From Geosiphon pyriformis uo1 (taxonomy: Eukaryota > Fungi > Glomeromycota), in the NCBI GenBank assembly GCA_016748015.1, contig JAAOMT010000694.1, positions 186,001 to 250,000 on the forward strand: a DNA stretch of 64,000 nt, read 5' to 3'. Both the position numbers and the translations under genes were made by a program. The notes under the pieces were generated by a model. It was not told where the DNA came from. It was given only the letters and a program-made list of their open reading frames with translations, and did no database searches. Of this stretch, positions 62,879 through 64,000 are shown one piece after another (the stretch's first letter is position 1; every line of letters starts with the position of its first letter).

Positions 62879-64000
62879 TCAATTTTCTGATTAATGACTT
62901 TACCAAATTGCTTCAATTTGGTATCCAATTCAGATGATTTATTCATTACTAGGTTGATGGCTTGAACATAATTGGCTTCAAGTTTGGCCAATTTAAAATT
63001 CCTGGTATGTATGACTGTATTCTAAAAAGTATTTGGGTGCATTAGACATACTTGTTGTAAAAAGCTACTATGTAATTCACAAATAAATTGGTTCAAAATC
63101 TGTGCTGTTGTAAAATAATTGGCTTGAATTGTCTGAATTTGGCATAAATTCTTGTGTAAGTGTTTTAAGTAAGTAGTAACTGCTTCAGTATTACCTTGTT
63201 TAATTGTAATAAAACTAGTTAATAACTAATTGATGTTGTTATAATTGCTGAAGTATTGTAAAAATGTGATTTTAAACACATTAAAAGTTTGTGGCTTGTT
63301 GATAAGATTCTAATATTATAAATTAATAGTATTTTGTAAGAAGTAGAAAATAGCTTGAAGGGCTCTGGCATCATTCCAGTTATTGGCTGTAATTGTTTTG
63401 GCTATGTTATTTAATCATACTTGGACATTGTTTTCTTTGCCAGTGAATTTTTTAAGTTTAATAATAAGTGCATATACTATTGGTATTAGTTGTTGTTGTT
63501 GTAATTATTATTAAAGTTGTTATTGAGGTTGTTGTTGTGGTAAAACAATTAGTACAATTAGTAAATCAATTACAATTATTGAAAATAGGTTTTGTTAAAT
63601 AATAGGAGTAGAGTTTGGATTTTTTGGGTTCTGTAGAATTTAAACAATTAGAGTTTGTATTTTTGGGTTATTTGGAATCGGATTTTAATTATTATTTCTC
63701 TAATAACTGTTTTCTTTTTTTCCCAATTTGTTATCTTTCCAATGACTAATAAATCCAAAATTTGGTTAAGATAATAGTGATTAAAATTCTGATAATATTG
63801 TTGGTTATAATTTAAATTTTTCAAAAAAATTGCCATAGATTTCTAATAATTTGGTTTTTTTTTGATTATTTTGGAATGGTATTCTGGTTAATAGTGTTTT
63901 TGTAGTTAATAATAATGCAAATTCTGATGGTATGTGTATAGTACTTCTTAGTATATAATAGTATGATAAGTAAATAGATAAAATGACTCTTGGTTTCTTT
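62879..64000 (-). pseudogene. gag fragment of an A/B-related Gypsy element (continues beyond the window)
   Basis: AKLEANYVQAINLVMNKSSELDTKLKQF and ANNWNDARALQAI remnants homologous to A/B gag. Confidence 0.8.

Overview
Eukaryotic, AT-rich fungal DNA. The short introns with AAG acceptors, the TE families and the housekeeping proteins resemble a Glomeromycotina/Mucoromycota genome such as Geosiphon (inference only). About 90% of the window is decayed retroelements. At 1-5.9 kb there is an RNase-H-bearing LINE (minus strand) with an LTR inserted in it. A 37-kb nest of Ty3/Gypsy elements follows at 6.9-43.9 kb, four levels deep, with most junctions resolved by 4-bp TSDs. A compact island of three host genes lies at 45.4-50.6 kb: TFIIIC tau95/TFC1, WDR8/WRAP73 and quinolinate phosphoribosyltransferase BNA6. 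A second nest at 50.8-64 kb contains the best-preserved element (51181-58864). The most striking signal is the architecture of these Gypsy families (labelled A-F here). Pol stops after RNase H, integrase is a separate ORF with its own ATG, and a further conserved but fast-evolving non-env ORF sits between integrase and the 3' LTR. Families A/B also carry a Cys-rich block, a five-motif dUTPase and a dUTPase-like domain between protease and RT, and their Gag starts inside the LTR. Family C has a UUUAAAC + hairpin -1 frameshift signal. All repeats show heavy C:G->T:A transition decay (RIP-like), while the genes do not.
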